From assembly GCF_006345805.1 (NCBI RefSeq), contig NC_043011.1, positions 64,554,464-64,618,463 of the forward strand: a stretch of DNA of 64,000 nucleotides, given 5' to 3'. Made by a program: the position numbers and the translations under genes. This DNA is from Octopus sinensis (taxonomy: Eukaryota). Positions 47,480 through 61,309 of this stretch are shown in pieces (within the stretch, counting starts at the first letter, position 1; the number at the start of each line of letters is the position of its first letter). The notes under the pieces were generated by a model. The model was not told the DNA's origin. It searched no databases and saw nothing but the letters and a program-made list of their open reading frames with translations.

Positions 47480-48840
47480 GTCAATTACAGATATACGTAA
47501 TCTAGACAGAAAAATACGAAAACTGTTGACAATGCATATAATGCACTACCCTAAGGCAGATACAAATCGACTTTATGTGCCAAAAAAAAGAGGGAGGCCG
47601 TGGACGTTTACAACTGGCAATAACAATGAAGATTGCTGCAATTGTCCTACACACCTACCGGAAAAACTCTGAGAATTGAATGTTAAAACTTGCTTCAAAA
47701 CATGAATACAAGAAAGCATCATACTCAGTAATAAAACAGGCAAAGGAATATGTAAGTGAATTCCGAACACAACACATTTCGGAATTACAGATAGACATAC
47801 AAAGAACAAGCACAGAAAAAGGTAGGCGCATGAAAACCCGCGCTAAATCTGCGGCCTTAGATGTTCTGGTTAATAAATGGCAAGAGAAACCTCTCTATAG
47901 CAAATACTAAAAGAGAACGAATATTACAGATGTTGACAAAGCCCTCACACATAAATGGCTAAAGGCCTCTGGCTTAAAATCTGAAACAGAAGGGTTTATC
48001 ATAGCAGCTGAAGATCAATGCCTACCAACAAGAAAGTACCTGGCCAACATTTTAAAGAACGGTAGTAGCCCAACATGTCGTGTATACCGAAAAAAAATGG
48101 AACCATTGACCATGTTGTCTCAAAATGCAGTCTTCTAGCGCCTACAGAGTATCTCAACAGGCATGATTGAGCAGCACAATATATTCACTGGGTAATTTGC
48201 AAGAACTTTGATTTGTTCCATAAAAAAAACTAGCGGAAATACAAACCACCGCCAGTACTTGAAAATGCGCACATCTCACTCCTCTGGAACTTCACCATTC
48301 AAACTGACAGAAAAATAGATGCAAATAGGCCAGACATCATATTGAAAGACTTCAGACAAGAACATGCCTCCTCATTGAAATGACTGTCGCCATCGATATA
48401 AACGTATATGTCAAGACCTACCAAAAACTGAGCAAATATAAAGATCTTGAAATAGAAATCAGCAAAATGTGGAACCTGAAATCTAAGACAATACCTGTTG
48501 TCATAGGTGCCCTGGGAATGATAGCAACTGGGGCGGATTGCTACTTAACTGAGATACCAGGAAACCCCAAAATGGCAGAAATTCAAAAGATAGTGCTCAT
48601 GGGAACTGCTCATATCCTACGCAAAATATTTTATATGTAATCTCAAGGTTTAAAACAAACATAATTCTCGATATTTTGTAGACATTCAATAGTAAAACAC
48701 CGAAAACAAAAATAAAACAATTATATGGCACACTAGGCATAACAAAACATGAACTTCCAACCTGTTGTCTCTTTAGGTCTCCGGGTGAGACTTGGAGAAA
48801 ACTTGTACAAATGTAAAGCAAAAGTCAAACATAGAATAAT
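47480..48840 (+). mobile_element. R4/Dong-like family 1, 3' part
   Basis: Homologous to 40-1400 and ends in (AAT)n. Confidence 0.9.
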
Positions 48841-48858
48841 AAAAATAATATTAACGAC

Positions 48859-48913
<55 letters not shown>

Positions 48914-49559
48914 TAACTTCTCTATTCACAAATAATACAGAACAGCCCTTCCTTAATTTTTCTCAAGCCTAATAGTAGTAAACATCTGAACATTTTTTGA
49001 CCGATAGGACCCCACCTAAAAAAAAAAGAAAAGAAAAAATATCACTGATGGTGATGATGATGATAATAATGATAGTAATAGTGCTGATAATCTACCTATC
49101 TATCTACACACACACACACTCAAAGAGTTCAACCAACACAAACCTCACCTGCGCTCTACTGTTAACCAAATATGAAAGTATTATTTGACAGGCAAGAACT
49201 CTGGCGTTGAAGACAGTCAGCCAGCCAACCACCAAGCCAGCCAACGAGACAGACAGACACTACTGTGATGGTGATAATGATAAAAAAACAAAAATAACAA
49301 TAATAAGATACTGCTGTGACTACACATAAAACAATACCATTGATGATGATGGTGGTGATGGTGATGGTGATGATGATAACGATGATGGTAATGGTGGTGA
49401 TAATGATGATAGTGATAGTAATGGTGATGATAACAATAATAAGCCGACTACGGCTGCTATAATGGTACGATTATAAATGTAACGGCAATGATGGCCGTCT
49501 CCCCACGAGCCAATCAAAGCTAAAAATTGATAACATTATCGTAGCACCAAAATGATTTT

Positions 49560-52500
49560 GGAAACTAAAAGGAAAACTAAATCAGTATACCAAATCGCTT
49601 GTCCTATGGTTAATCTGGAAGCGCGTCCCCCAGGGAAGAGTTAGCCTGGGATCGAAAAGTCATCAACTGGCACAAACTCTTCTCCGAATACGGACATGGA
49701 TGGTCACTTGAACGGGAAATCCCCCAACTCAAGCCCTCCAAGTTCACCACCACAACCACCACAGAAAGAAAAATGTAAGCGGAACAAATGGACCCGAGAA
49801 GAGTATAAAGAAGTAATATACGCTTATTACTATGCATTAGGTAGGCCATCTCAAGAGGGACAGACCGCAGACTCTTACAGTATATGGAGAACACGGAATC
49901 AAGACAGTAGGCCCTATTTGGACGAGAACAAATTAGCAAATGTGAGGAGGGATATCCTTAGAAATAACAGACTCACAGACAGTGAAATAAGCGCGATCAA
50001 GCACGCAACGGAAAATGACATAAATATAAGACACAAAGGAAATGAAGAATCAGATGAACAGTATAGCCCGCCACGAGGCTTAATTGAAAGACTGCCATCT
50101 GACCAAAGTACGCAAAGGCCTGAAGATACAAGAAATTCTATTGTACCTGTTAAAGATAGCCAGGAAAACGAAAAAACAACAGTAACTGAAGATCTCGCAT
50201 ATGCTGAAGAACACAGAGAGTCTATGGCAGAAATGAGGCAGAAAATCCTGAATACGCTTTAAGTTGTAAGACATACAAGTATGAATGATAGAGAACCACT
50301 TCATAAACTCTCAAATACAAACCAAAATAAAAAACAAATCCAAATTGGCAACTATTTAACAAATGAAATAATACGAGAATTAAAACCTGATTTTACTGAG
50401 TTAAATGAAATTATTTACGCTTCCTCTAGGGCAATTGAAACGAGCTGTATGCCCCCGAAAAAACAAAGAAAACAAAACCTGGGAAGAAATCAAACCTGGA
50501 GAAGTAAAATTGAAAAAGAGATTGAATTTATCAGAGGGGAAATATCAATATTAAATTAACTAATATGTGGAAATGATGTAAGATCCAGAACAGGAAGAAG
50601 GATGAAGAGAAAATTTGGCTCCTCACCAAGAGAAGAACTGATATCAATGAAAGAAACGCTGAAACAAAAAGTCCAACCAAAAGCCCAAAGAATACGAAGA
50701 TTTGAGAAAAGAAACAAGTTTTACAAGCAAAATAAGCTGTTCACATACAATGCCAAAAACTTCTACAGAGAACTAGGGAAGGAGAAAGTAACCGTTAAAG
50801 ACCCCCCTCCCATGGAAGAAGTTCAAAACTTTTGGAAAAAGAATTGGAGTGACAAGAAGACGTACAACATAAATGCAGACTGGATTATACAAACTGAAGG
50901 ATCCTACCAAAATTTACAACAACAAGCATGGGAAGACATCACAATAGCAGACCTAAGAAAGGCACTCACGAAGGCCCATAATTGGAAATCCCCCGGTAAA
51001 GATAGGGTGCCGAATTTCTGGCTCGCAACGCTCCCATGCGCACACGGTAAGCTAGTTCAGCTGCTCAATGGAATTGTGAGAGACCCAAAGAAAACACCAG
51101 AATGGTTAGCAAGTGGTATTACTTACCTACTCCCAAAGAATAACGAAACCAACCTTCAAAAAAATATCGGCCTATAACCTGTCTATCCACCACGTATAAA
51201 ATCCTAACATCTATCCTGGCGGAGAAAACATATGCATTCATGGAGAAGAACGATACTTTCCCCATCGAACAAAAAGTGTGCCGCCGAGGCTCTTACGGAT
51301 GCAAAGATCAACTGCTAATCAATCGTATGATCCTTGAGAACTGTCACAAAAAGCGCAGAAATCTCAGCTCCGCATGGATTGACTATAAAAAGGCCTTCGA
51401 CAGTATACCGCATCCATCGATCTTGAGATCGCTGGACATCTTCAAAATTTCCCCTGTGATTTCAAACTTCCTGAAGCACAATATGTCGTTGTGGAATACG
51501 AATCTCCAATTATACCACTCTAATGGAGTACTTGCCTCAGAAAATATAAACATCAACTGTGGAATTTTTCAAGGTGACTCACTTTCACCTTTAATATTCC
51601 GCATAGTACTAATACCCCTTACAAGTGAATTAAACAGAACAGGGTATGGGTATAAAATTGCCAATAAAAAAATAAGCAATCTATTTTATATGGATGATTT
51701 AAAACTTTATGGTAAAGACAATAATGAACTTGAAGGTCTATTGCGCACCGTGAAAGCATTCAGCAATGACATCGGGAAGGAGTTTGGACTTGAGAAGTGT
51801 GCCAAGGCCACTTTCCAGAAAGGGAAAGTGAAGACCACAAATTCAGTGGTGTTAGATGTTGACACAGTCATAAGAGAGCTTGAGCAAGAACAAACATACA
51901 AATATTTAGGGATAAATGAAGGCTCTGGTATTCAGCTTGCAAGCACTAAAGAGAAGATCAGGAAGGAATGTTATAGGAAAGTTCGTGCAGTCCTGAAATC
52001 TGAACTAAATGCACGTAACAAGGTGTTAGCTATAAATTCTTTAGCAGTTCCAGTTGTTACTTATAGCTACAATGTGTTGAACTGGAATATGAGTGAAGTA
52101 AATAATATAGATAGGAAAATACGCAAGCTGCTGAGTTGTAATCGGATGCACCACCTAAAGGCAGACGTAGATCGTCTTTACCTTCCCAGAGCCCAAGGAG
52201 CTCGAACCTGATCAAATTTGAACTAGCTTACAAAACAACCACAATTGGACTGGCCAAATATCTCGAAATATCGAATGACTGGATGCTAAAGCTCGTGGAA
52301 AATCACGAGAGACGAGAGAAGCTTCATTCTATCATAAAGGAAAGCAATAAATTTTCTATTGATCTCGTGCAGGATACCCAAACTGAACAACCCGAGGGAA
52401 GTACGGCAACTATTGTTGCAAAGAAGGGGAAAATGATGGCAACGAAAAAAGCACACCAGCATTTGGCTGATAGGTGGGAGGAGAAAACTTTGCATGGCAA

Positions 52501-53405
52501 ATATGTGACCGGCAGCAAACAAGCTGATGTTGACTAGAAGCAAACCCATCAGTGGCTACGGAGCTCAGGGCTAAAAGCAGAGAGCGAAGGTTTCATCCTG
52601 GCTGCTCAAGATGAAAGCCTATTAACCCGGAACTACCAGGCCAATGTGATGAAAAATGGAGCAGACCCAAAATACCGATTCTGCAACGACATGATTGAAA
52701 CAGTGGACCACCTAATCTCTGGATGTAAAGTCTTAGCACCAGTGGAGTATAAATTAAGACATGACAGAGTTGGCCAATATCTCCACTGGCTAATAAGTCG
52801 GCATTACAATATCAAAACTGGCGACAAGTGGTATAATCACCACCCTGAGGCTGTAACTGAAGGAGAAAATGTAACCATTCTGTGGGAGTTTCCAGTACGT
52901 ACAGACCTAACCATCAAGGCCAATAAACCAGATATTGTTGTGAAAGACCAAAACAATAAAGTTTGCTTATTGATCGACATGAGCATACCCTGTGATCATA
53001 ATATCTCAGCGAAAGAGTTTGACAAGCTCAGAAAATATAAAGACATATTCAGTGAAATTGAGAAAATGTGGCATCTCAAGGCGGTTACAATACCAGTGAT
53101 CGTAGGAGCACTAGGAATGATCAAGAAGGGAACCGAAAATTATATGAGATTGATCCCTGGCTTACCATCCCTGCAAGAAGTGCAAATGATTGTCTTAACT
53201 GGTACATCACGCGTATTGAGTAGAGCATTTTCGATGTGAGAACTGTTGCTGCTCATGTATTTTAATTTAACTTAAAATAAAATAAAAAAATAAATAAAAA
53301 AAAATGAACGAACTATTGAGTTAGGTTTAATGGCCTACCAATGTTTCTTTGCCCTAGGTGTCGGGAAGACACTCGGCAAGAAATGGAAGAAAATTTGAAA
53401 GAAGA
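49560..53405 (+). mobile_element. Near full-length R4/Dong-like LINE (family 3), broken into 6 ORF pieces
   Basis: N-terminal RNKWTREEYKEVIYAYY; RT DYKKAFDSIPH, GIFQGDSLSP, FYMDDLKLY; zinc-knuckle-like RFCNDMIETVDHLISGC; REL KPDIVVKD..LIDMSIP..KYKD; 3' UTR and (AAT)n. The 5' boundary is approximate. Confidence 0.93.
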
Positions 53406-53444
53406 AAAAAAAATAATAATAATAATGATAATTATAATAATATA

Positions 53445-55378
53445 GTGTGGCATGGATCGACTACAGAAAGGCGTTTGATAGCATCCCCCACACATGGATC
53501 CTCGAAACACTAGCCATTAGCAAAGTTGCACCAACTAAAATAAAATATATTGGACAATCTATGAATGAATGGCAAACAGTGCTACAGCTCCAAACAAAAC
53601 GGGGACTCATGAAAAACCAAAGACATCCCCATTGGAAGAGGAATATTCCAGGGAGACACACTCTCTGCACTCCTTTTCTGCTTGGTACTGTCACCTATAT
53701 CTGATATGCTAAACAGAACAAGATGTGGATATAAATGTTACGGCAAAACGATCAGCCACCTTTTATATATGGATGACCTAAAACTATACGCTGCAAATGA
53801 CAAACAGCAGGTAACAATATTAAAGACAGTTCATGGATTTACCAAAGAAATAGATATGAAATTTGGATTAGAAAAATGCGCCAAAGTAACCATGAAAAGA
53901 GGAAAACTAGTTAAGAGTAACAACATCACACTAGATAAAACCAATGAAATAAAAAAAATTAGACCAAAGCCAAACTTACAAATACTTAGGAATCCATGAA
54001 CTAGATAAGACACAACACACAAAAATGAAATAAAAAATAAAAAAAGAATATTATAGACAAGTTAGTTCAGTACTAAAATCAGAGCTCAATGCTAAAACAT
54101 AATAATAGGTTTTAACACTTTAGCCGTCCCAGTTATAAGTTACAGCTACAATATCCTTAAATTGACACTAAATGAACTGACCAAAATAGATAGGAAACAA
54201 GTAAAATAATGACAGGATCTAGGATGCACCAAACAAAATCTGACTTAGAAAGGTTATATATATAGCGTATAGAAGTTTGTAGAGGTCTTAAACAGCTGGA
54301 AAACGACTATTTAATAATCACCATATAACAACAAATATATCTACTTCAGAAGTAAGAAACTGATTCAAATTGCGGCGAAACACGTGCAAAACAAAAAACC
54401 GTTCTCAGTATTTAAGGAAGCTGACACATGCAAACAAGAAATCATTCCACCATAAATATGAAGAAGAAGAAGATGAAGAATCAACAAAAGCTATAAAATA
54501 AATGAAATCCAAACTAAAACTAGAACAGCAAAGAACCATGATAAATCGATGGCAAGGAAAGCCCCTTCATTGCAAATGCTGGACTAAACTAAATGCAAAA
54601 GAAATAGACAAAGAAAAATCCCAGCAGTGGTTGAGAATCTCAGGACTCAAAGCAGAGACAGGGTGATTTTTTAATTGCAGCGCAAGAATAAAGCCTCCCC
54701 ACCAGAAATTACCAAAAACACGTAATGTAAAGAAATATAAAAAGTAACTGCAGAATATGTTGAGATGGACAAGAAACAATAAATCATATTATCTCTGGCT
54801 GCCCAATCCTGGCTAAGAAGTAATATACTCACCGAAACGAATGATTTGGGACCTACATACACTGGAAGCTATGCCAACATTATGGAATAACAACAGAAAA
54901 AGAATGGTATAGGCACATACCAGAAAAGGTCACAGAAAACGAGAAAGCAACCATACTCTGGGATATGCAGATACACACAAATAGAGAAATTTCGGCCAAC
55001 AGACCAGATATAGTTGTCAGAGATCATGAAGAAAAAAATGCTTTCTAATTGATTTATCAATACCAGCAGATGTCAACGTGTCTCTAAAAGAAATGGAGAA
55101 ACTTTCAAAATACAAAGACCTGGAAATGGAGGTAGCCAGAATGTGGAATCGAAAAACAGAAACAATTCCTATCATAGTAGGTGCCTTAGGCATGATAAAA
55201 AAATATTCAGACAAATACATAACAAAAGCACCAGGACTTACAAACACATATAACATACGGAAAATTGCACTACTAGGCACTGCACACATCCTACCCAGAA
55301 TACTTTCCATACAATAACCATCAGAGCATCACAACAAATCACAGCACAAAACCAAGGCACACAGAGCTGCGCTTGGTA
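53445..55378 (+). mobile_element. R4/Dong-like family 2, 5'-truncated, immediately upstream of exon 3
   Basis: AWIDYRKAFDSIPH, YMDD, REL motifs. Positional counterpart of 6960-8855. Confidence 0.92.
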
Positions 55379-55853
55379 TGGCTTTCTAGGCATGGAGGAT
55401 CAATCTTTGTATTTATCGAGCATCTTCACTGTGCTGCATCTTACAGGGACCATTCATTGTTACAGAAATAATTGATAAATTAGGCACAATGTCGAGGGAA
55501 GGTGATAGCCGATAACATTAGAAATTTACTACTACGTCATCATCGACCACCAAATTAAAACAAGCAAAGATTGTCCTAGCAGATATTGAAATCTGACGGA
55601 AAGAAACGGACAATATGCTGCCAAGCACTTTTGCCTAGCATGCAAACTATTCCCCGCCCTTCGTAGCAGAAATAATATCAGCGATTAATAAAGTGAAAAT
55701 TCTTTGATCGACACTGTTAGACTACATAAACAATATCCACAGAATGTACAATATTGGCAGCTGTTTTCAAAAGGTATTGTATATAACATATATTGTGATT
55801 TTATATTGAATACGTTAAACAATATATATGGCAATCTCCTATTTTTCTTTTAG

Positions 55854-56035
55854 TCGATTAAAAGCTTTCATGGTTTGTTACATGAGGAGAGTGTCTTCGT
55901 GTGCGTCAAAGATTAAAACATCTGAGAATCAATTTTGGAATTTATTGCGAGTTAAGGATTCCATCGCTTGTTTCGAAGGAGAAGATTCTCAGTGTGTTTC
56001 AGCGATCAAAGAAATTGCTTACAAACGACTCTGTG
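55854..56035 (+). CDS. Copy B coding exon 3 (D)RLKAFMVCYMRRVSSCASKIKTSENQFWNLLRVKDSIACFEGEDSQCVSAIKEIAYKRLC(G)
   Basis: Acceptor tttttcttttag|T and donor TGTG|gtatga. 182 nt, phase 2 to phase 1, 60 open codons with 5 Cys. Overlaps ORF 55828-56049. Open in both paralogs. Confidence 0.88.
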
Positions 56036-56952
56036 GTATGACATTTTAATTAGTTACAATATAATTTCGAGAAATGTTGTATAAGAGGGAATCTCATTCA
56101 GTAATAATAATTGCATTGGGAAAGGACTCGAGTTTTCAGTAAGTGTAAATATTAGCTGAAAATAAAATCGTATTTAAGAATACTTACGCAGTTAGCCATT
56201 AGAATAATAACAGCAACTGAACTTATCATCACAGTTTTATAAAGTAAATGTCGTTAAGCGATAAGGTAACACATACTCGCATTAGGTATTTGAAATTTAA
56301 TGAGGCATTATTTGGAAAGCCAGTCCTCAGCTAATAATCGAAAACTAACGAACCCCAAACTTTCTATTAAATCTAGTATATAGGTATATGTTGGATCGTA
56401 AATGCCCCAAGCCTGTTGGTGGGAAGTGATGGAATGCCGCGTCAGCTGATGCCCGTGTGTTTCACGTAAGGATGTTATAAATTTTATATCTATATAAGTA
56501 TTCGTTATTTTGTTTGTCAGTTTCAAAACACATCAAATATTTGAGTTTTATGTTGAAACATGAAGAAATTTAAAGATCACTCCACGCAATACATAATCCA
56601 AAAAACCTATCTAGATTTAAGTAATATCAGTGAAATATTGCATCGATCTCATTCTAATTGTGTTATATTAAGACTCTGACACCGACTTCCAACACATCAT
56701 GAAGACTGCAATATCAGACGAATAATAGAATATATCTACTTACAGTGCTTGTTATGTATGTTTGTGATTGTAAGTAATATATGTAGTTGGAATTTACAGG
56801 AAAACGAAACGGGAAGAGAGGTGAATATAAAGAAAGCAGGTGTATTAATTTTATACTACGGAAGGAGAGAAAGGCTTTTGGCTATGTAATTTCTGTGATG
56901 TTTATATCACAAAGGATATCAAAGATTTTGGAAGGAACGCCCTATATGTATG

Positions 56953-57039
<87 letters not shown>

Positions 57040-57041
57040 AT

Positions 57042-57450
57042 ACTCTTTACTCTTTACTTGTTTCAGTCATTTGACTGCGGCCATGCTGGAGCACGGCCTT
57101 TTAGTCAAGAAAATCGTCCCCGAGACTTATTCCTTGCAAGCCCAGTACTTATTCTATCGATCTCTTTTGCCGAACCGCTAAGTGACGAGGACGTAAACAT
57201 ATCAGCATCGGTTGTCAAGCAATGCTAGGGGGACAATCACAGACACACAAACACACACACATACAAACATGTGTGTCTACATACATGCAACAGTCTTAAT
57301 TCAGTTTCCGTCTACCAAATCCACTCACAAGGCATTGGTCTGCCCGGGGATATAGCAGAAGACACTTGCCCAAGATGCCACGCAGTGGGACTGAAACCGG
57401 AACCACGTGGTCGGTTAGCAAGCTACCTACCACATAGCCACTCCTGTGCC
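57042..57450 (-). mobile_element. tRNA-derived SINE (same family as 25170-25590)
   Basis: The reverse complement reads ggcacaggagtggctatgtgg..ggtttcagtccc..ggcatcttgggcaagtg..gtgctccagcatggccgcagtcaaatgactgaaac. Confidence 0.9.
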
Positions 57451-57462
57451 TATGTATATGTA

Positions 57463-57516
<54 letters not shown>

Positions 57517-57523
<7 letters not shown>

Positions 57524-59160
57524 AATATAAGAGAGTGGTCACTATATGGCTCACTCTAGCACCAGTTAATCCAAAAGGTTTCAACCACTGCAGTATTTGT
57601 TTTCCGTGAAACTTTGGCGCGCTGTTAGTTGGGGCATTTGAATTATAACGTCGGATGTAATCAATTGAACCACACGCGTATTTATCGTTATGGTAAAATC
57701 TGGCGTGTGATTGAGTGCATTTCATCCAGATAGTTTTGGCTGACGAGCTACAAGTGGATTTTTTTGTAAGTAAAATTACATTTAATTCATTAATAGCGAA
57801 ACAATTGTCCCAAAATAATCTGTATTTTTGTTATTCTTTATTTGCCCTGTCCGTGTGAGCTAACAATCGTACTGACTTTCATGGGAAACATGTATCTTTG
57901 TGGTTGAAACCTTTTGGATTAACTGGTGCTAGAGTGAGCCATATAGTGACCACTCTCTTATATTTATTTTGTAAAAATATTATAATATATTATAAAATAT
58001 TATAATAATCCAGGTTTCTCGGAGCACTAGGCCACTTGGTGTTGAATAGATATACTATTAAATTAATATCTAATTCTCTCACCCTTATTAATTAATTATA
58101 ATTATGCTGCATTTATTTCTTAATGCAGTATTTGTTTTCCGTGAAAGTTTGGCGCGCTGTTAGTTGGGGCATTTGAATTATAACGTCAGATGTAATCAAT
58201 TGAACCACACGCGTATTTATCGTTATGGTAAAATCTGGCGTGTGATTGAGTGCATTTCATCCAGATAGTTTTGGCTGACGAGCTACAAGTGGATTTTTTG
58301 TAAGTAAAATTACATTTAATTCATTAATAGCGAAACAATTGTCCCAAAATAATCTGTATTTTTGTTATTCTTTATTTGCCCTGTCCGTGTGAGCTAACAA
58401 TCGTACTGACTTTCATGGGAAACATGTATCTTTGTGGTTGAAACCTTTTGGATTAACTGGTGCTAGAGTGAGCCATATAGTGACCACTCTCTTATATTTA
58501 TTTTGTAAAAATATTATAATATATTATAAAATATTATAATAATCCAGGTTTCTCGGAGCACTAGGCCACTTGGTGTTGAATAGATATACTATTAAATTAA
58601 TATCTAATTCTCTCACCCTTATTAATTAATTATAATTATGCTGCATTTATTTCTTAATGCAGTATTTGTTTTCCGTGAAAGTTTGGCGCGCTGTTAGTTG
58701 GGGCATTTGAATTATAACGTCGGATGTAATCAATTGAACCACACGCGTATTTATCGTTATGGTAAAATCTGGCGTGTGATTGAGTGCATTTCATCCAGAT
58801 AGTTTTGGCTGACGAGCTACAAGTGGATTTTTTTGTAAGTAAAATTACATTTAATTCATTAATAGCGAAACAATTGTCCCAAAATAATCTGTATTTTTGT
58901 TATTCTTTATTTGCCCTGTCCGTGTGAGCTAACAATCGTACTGACTTTCATGGGAAACATGTATCTTTGTGGTTGAAACCTTTTGGATTAACTGGTGCTA
59001 GAGTGAGCCATATAGTGACCACTCTCTTATATTTATTTTGTAAAAATATTATAATATATTATAAAATATTATAATAATCCAGGTTTCTCGGAGCACTAGG
59101 CCACTTGGTGTTGAATAGATATACTATTAAATTAATATCTAATTCTCTCACCCTTATTAA

Positions 59161-59165
<5 letters not shown>
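57517..59165. repeat. Tandem array of three ~535-bp units plus an inverted 72-bp cap, flanked by (TA)n
   Basis: tgcagtatttg starts at 57589, 58124 and 58658, and the units are almost identical. 57517-57588 is an exact reverse complement of ~57900-57970. Confidence 0.95.
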
Positions 59166-59244
<79 letters not shown>

Positions 59245-59248
<4 letters not shown>

Positions 59249-60403
59249 ACGAGGGGACCCCCGTCAAACGAAAGCTGTTACGGAATCCCTCACACAGGCC
59301 CGTTCGATGCAGCGAATGTTCGCCACGGAACTCGGAGAGGAGAGAGAGATACAACAACAACAGCAGCAGCAGCACAGAGGCAATCGAGAGAGACATAAAG
59401 AGGCAAGGCAATCGGCTACGTTAACAACTAGTTTATATGACTATTACAATTGTTACAACATCAATTACATATCAAGATACATCAAAGCATTTAAACATGC
59501 AGATACAATATAACAGTCCGGAGTCAACAGTCCTGTTTGAAAACACATTAAAGGCATATACAATGTTCGTAGACAAATAAGTTCACGTTACAAATCAATG
59601 TTCAATTCACAACAGTTCACATTGTTCTTTTAAATTCTTTTCAACAACTCTGTACACAATGTCTTTACACATTTCAATACATCGATTCTTTTTTTACTGT
59701 CTCATTTCTTCTTTCCCTTTTTTTTTGTAACACGTATCAATACAATTCTTTTTACATAAATACCACAACTCTTTCCTTCTTTTTCTTCACATATCAAAAC
59801 ATAATTAAATTCAAACAAAACTTTACCGGACGTTCCTTTTCCGTCTGCCACACTTTCAGACAGTCACTACTGTGATTGCCAAGCCCTCTCGCTGCAGTCT
59901 CTTAGCTCTTAACCATCCCTGTCTTTCATCTGTCACATTAGAGAACAACCTGTTGCTTGCTCTGTCCTCGACTGACTCGTCTCTAGCAGAGTTTCCGGCC
60001 AACTGTTCGCCCTGAATCCCAAATCCTAACTGCTAAAACCTCCTGCTCTGTCACCACTCCCAATCTCTCCTCGCTCTGTCGCAATCACTCTCTCCCTCTC
60101 TCTCAGCTCTGCAATACTCTCTGCCCGTCTTCCTCTGCCCCTCATCCTCTCTCACTCGACTGTATCTCTCATGACAAGCCCCCCAGATTCCTTAATCTGT
60201 CTTCCTCGCTACTTTCCTCCTCCTCTTCTTCACTGTCACTAGATTCTTCCTTCTTTAAGGGGTGTTTAGAACGAATTTTAGTTCACCTGAAAGGGGTTTC
60301 AGGTCTACCCAGAACCAATCAATCCACCTGAATCTGACAGGACAATGGATATATTCCAAAGTAGGTCGCAGCCAACTGACCTTAGATTGAACCATTCATA
60401 GCA
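59245..60403. mobile_element. Putative solo LTR, 1.16 kb, inserted in (TA)n
   Basis: TG(TTAC)...(ATAG)CA termini with atat on both sides, GC-richer than the flanks, and no ORF with retroelement motifs. Confidence 0.55.
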
Positions 60404-60596
60404 ATATATATATATATATATATTTACATGTGTGAGTGATCATTGAAAATTCTTTCCTCACTCACTTCCAATTATTGCAGGAAACGGGACTTGTACAATT
60501 ATAATCATACATGTCTCTACATGTCACGTTGTAGAGAACTATGAGCAGTTTTCCACAAATCTACTTTTGCGGCTGTTGAAGTGACGAAAATGTTAT

Positions 60597-60950
60597 AATG
60601 ACGGTAGAACAATCTAGATCATCAACGTTCTTACACCTAAAGAGATATTCTCTAAGAAATAGAAGTTTATGGTGAAAATGCTCTATCGTTACACTTAGTG
60701 AGGCACTGGCATCACCATTTCCAGTTTGGTGAGAAATCGGTTGAAGCTACAGTGATTCCTGGACAACCATATACAACCACAGGTGACGACCCCATTAATA
60801 AAATGGAAGATACAATTTCTGAAGTATTGGCGACTTAATTCTCGGCAATTCCTCCAAGAAGTGTTCATAAATGTAAGAATGTACGATCCATGGAAAACTG
60901 ATCACGGCCATTTGCATTTGCGGAAGGCGCCTATATGATGGATTACCCTG
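60597..60950 (+). pseudogene. Decayed mariner-type transposase N-terminal fragment (paralog of 10825-11175)
   Basis: EIEVYGENALSLHLVRHWHHHFQFGEKSVEATVIPGQPYTTTGDDPINKMEDTI resembles mariner EVYGE.A.S...V..W...F..G..S.ED..R.GRP. Confidence 0.65.
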
Positions 60951-61099
60951 ATACTGATATGTGTATATATACATATAGATATATTTACATAAACACACAC
61001 ACACACACACACTCACAAACACACACATTTATATATTCGCTGCGACATCTGAAACTCGTTTACAATGACCACATCATTTTATTATTTTCTCAATATTAA

Positions 61100-61170
<71 letters not shown>

Positions 61171-61265
61171 TGTGATTTATAATTCAAGAGCAAGTATCTA
61201 ACATATATTTCTATTTTCCCTTAGTATTATAATAATTTTACACCATATTATTTCTTTTTCTGCAG

Positions 61266-61309
61266 GACGTCACTGGGATGAAAATAACAATATCCGGAAA
61301 TACGACTGA
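61266..61309 (+). CDS. Copy B terminal coding exon (G)RHWDENNNIRKYD*
   Basis: Strong acceptor tatttctttttctgcag|GA, phase 1 matching exon 3, TGA at 61307-61309. AATAAA downstream at ~61414 and ~61570. Confidence 0.85.
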
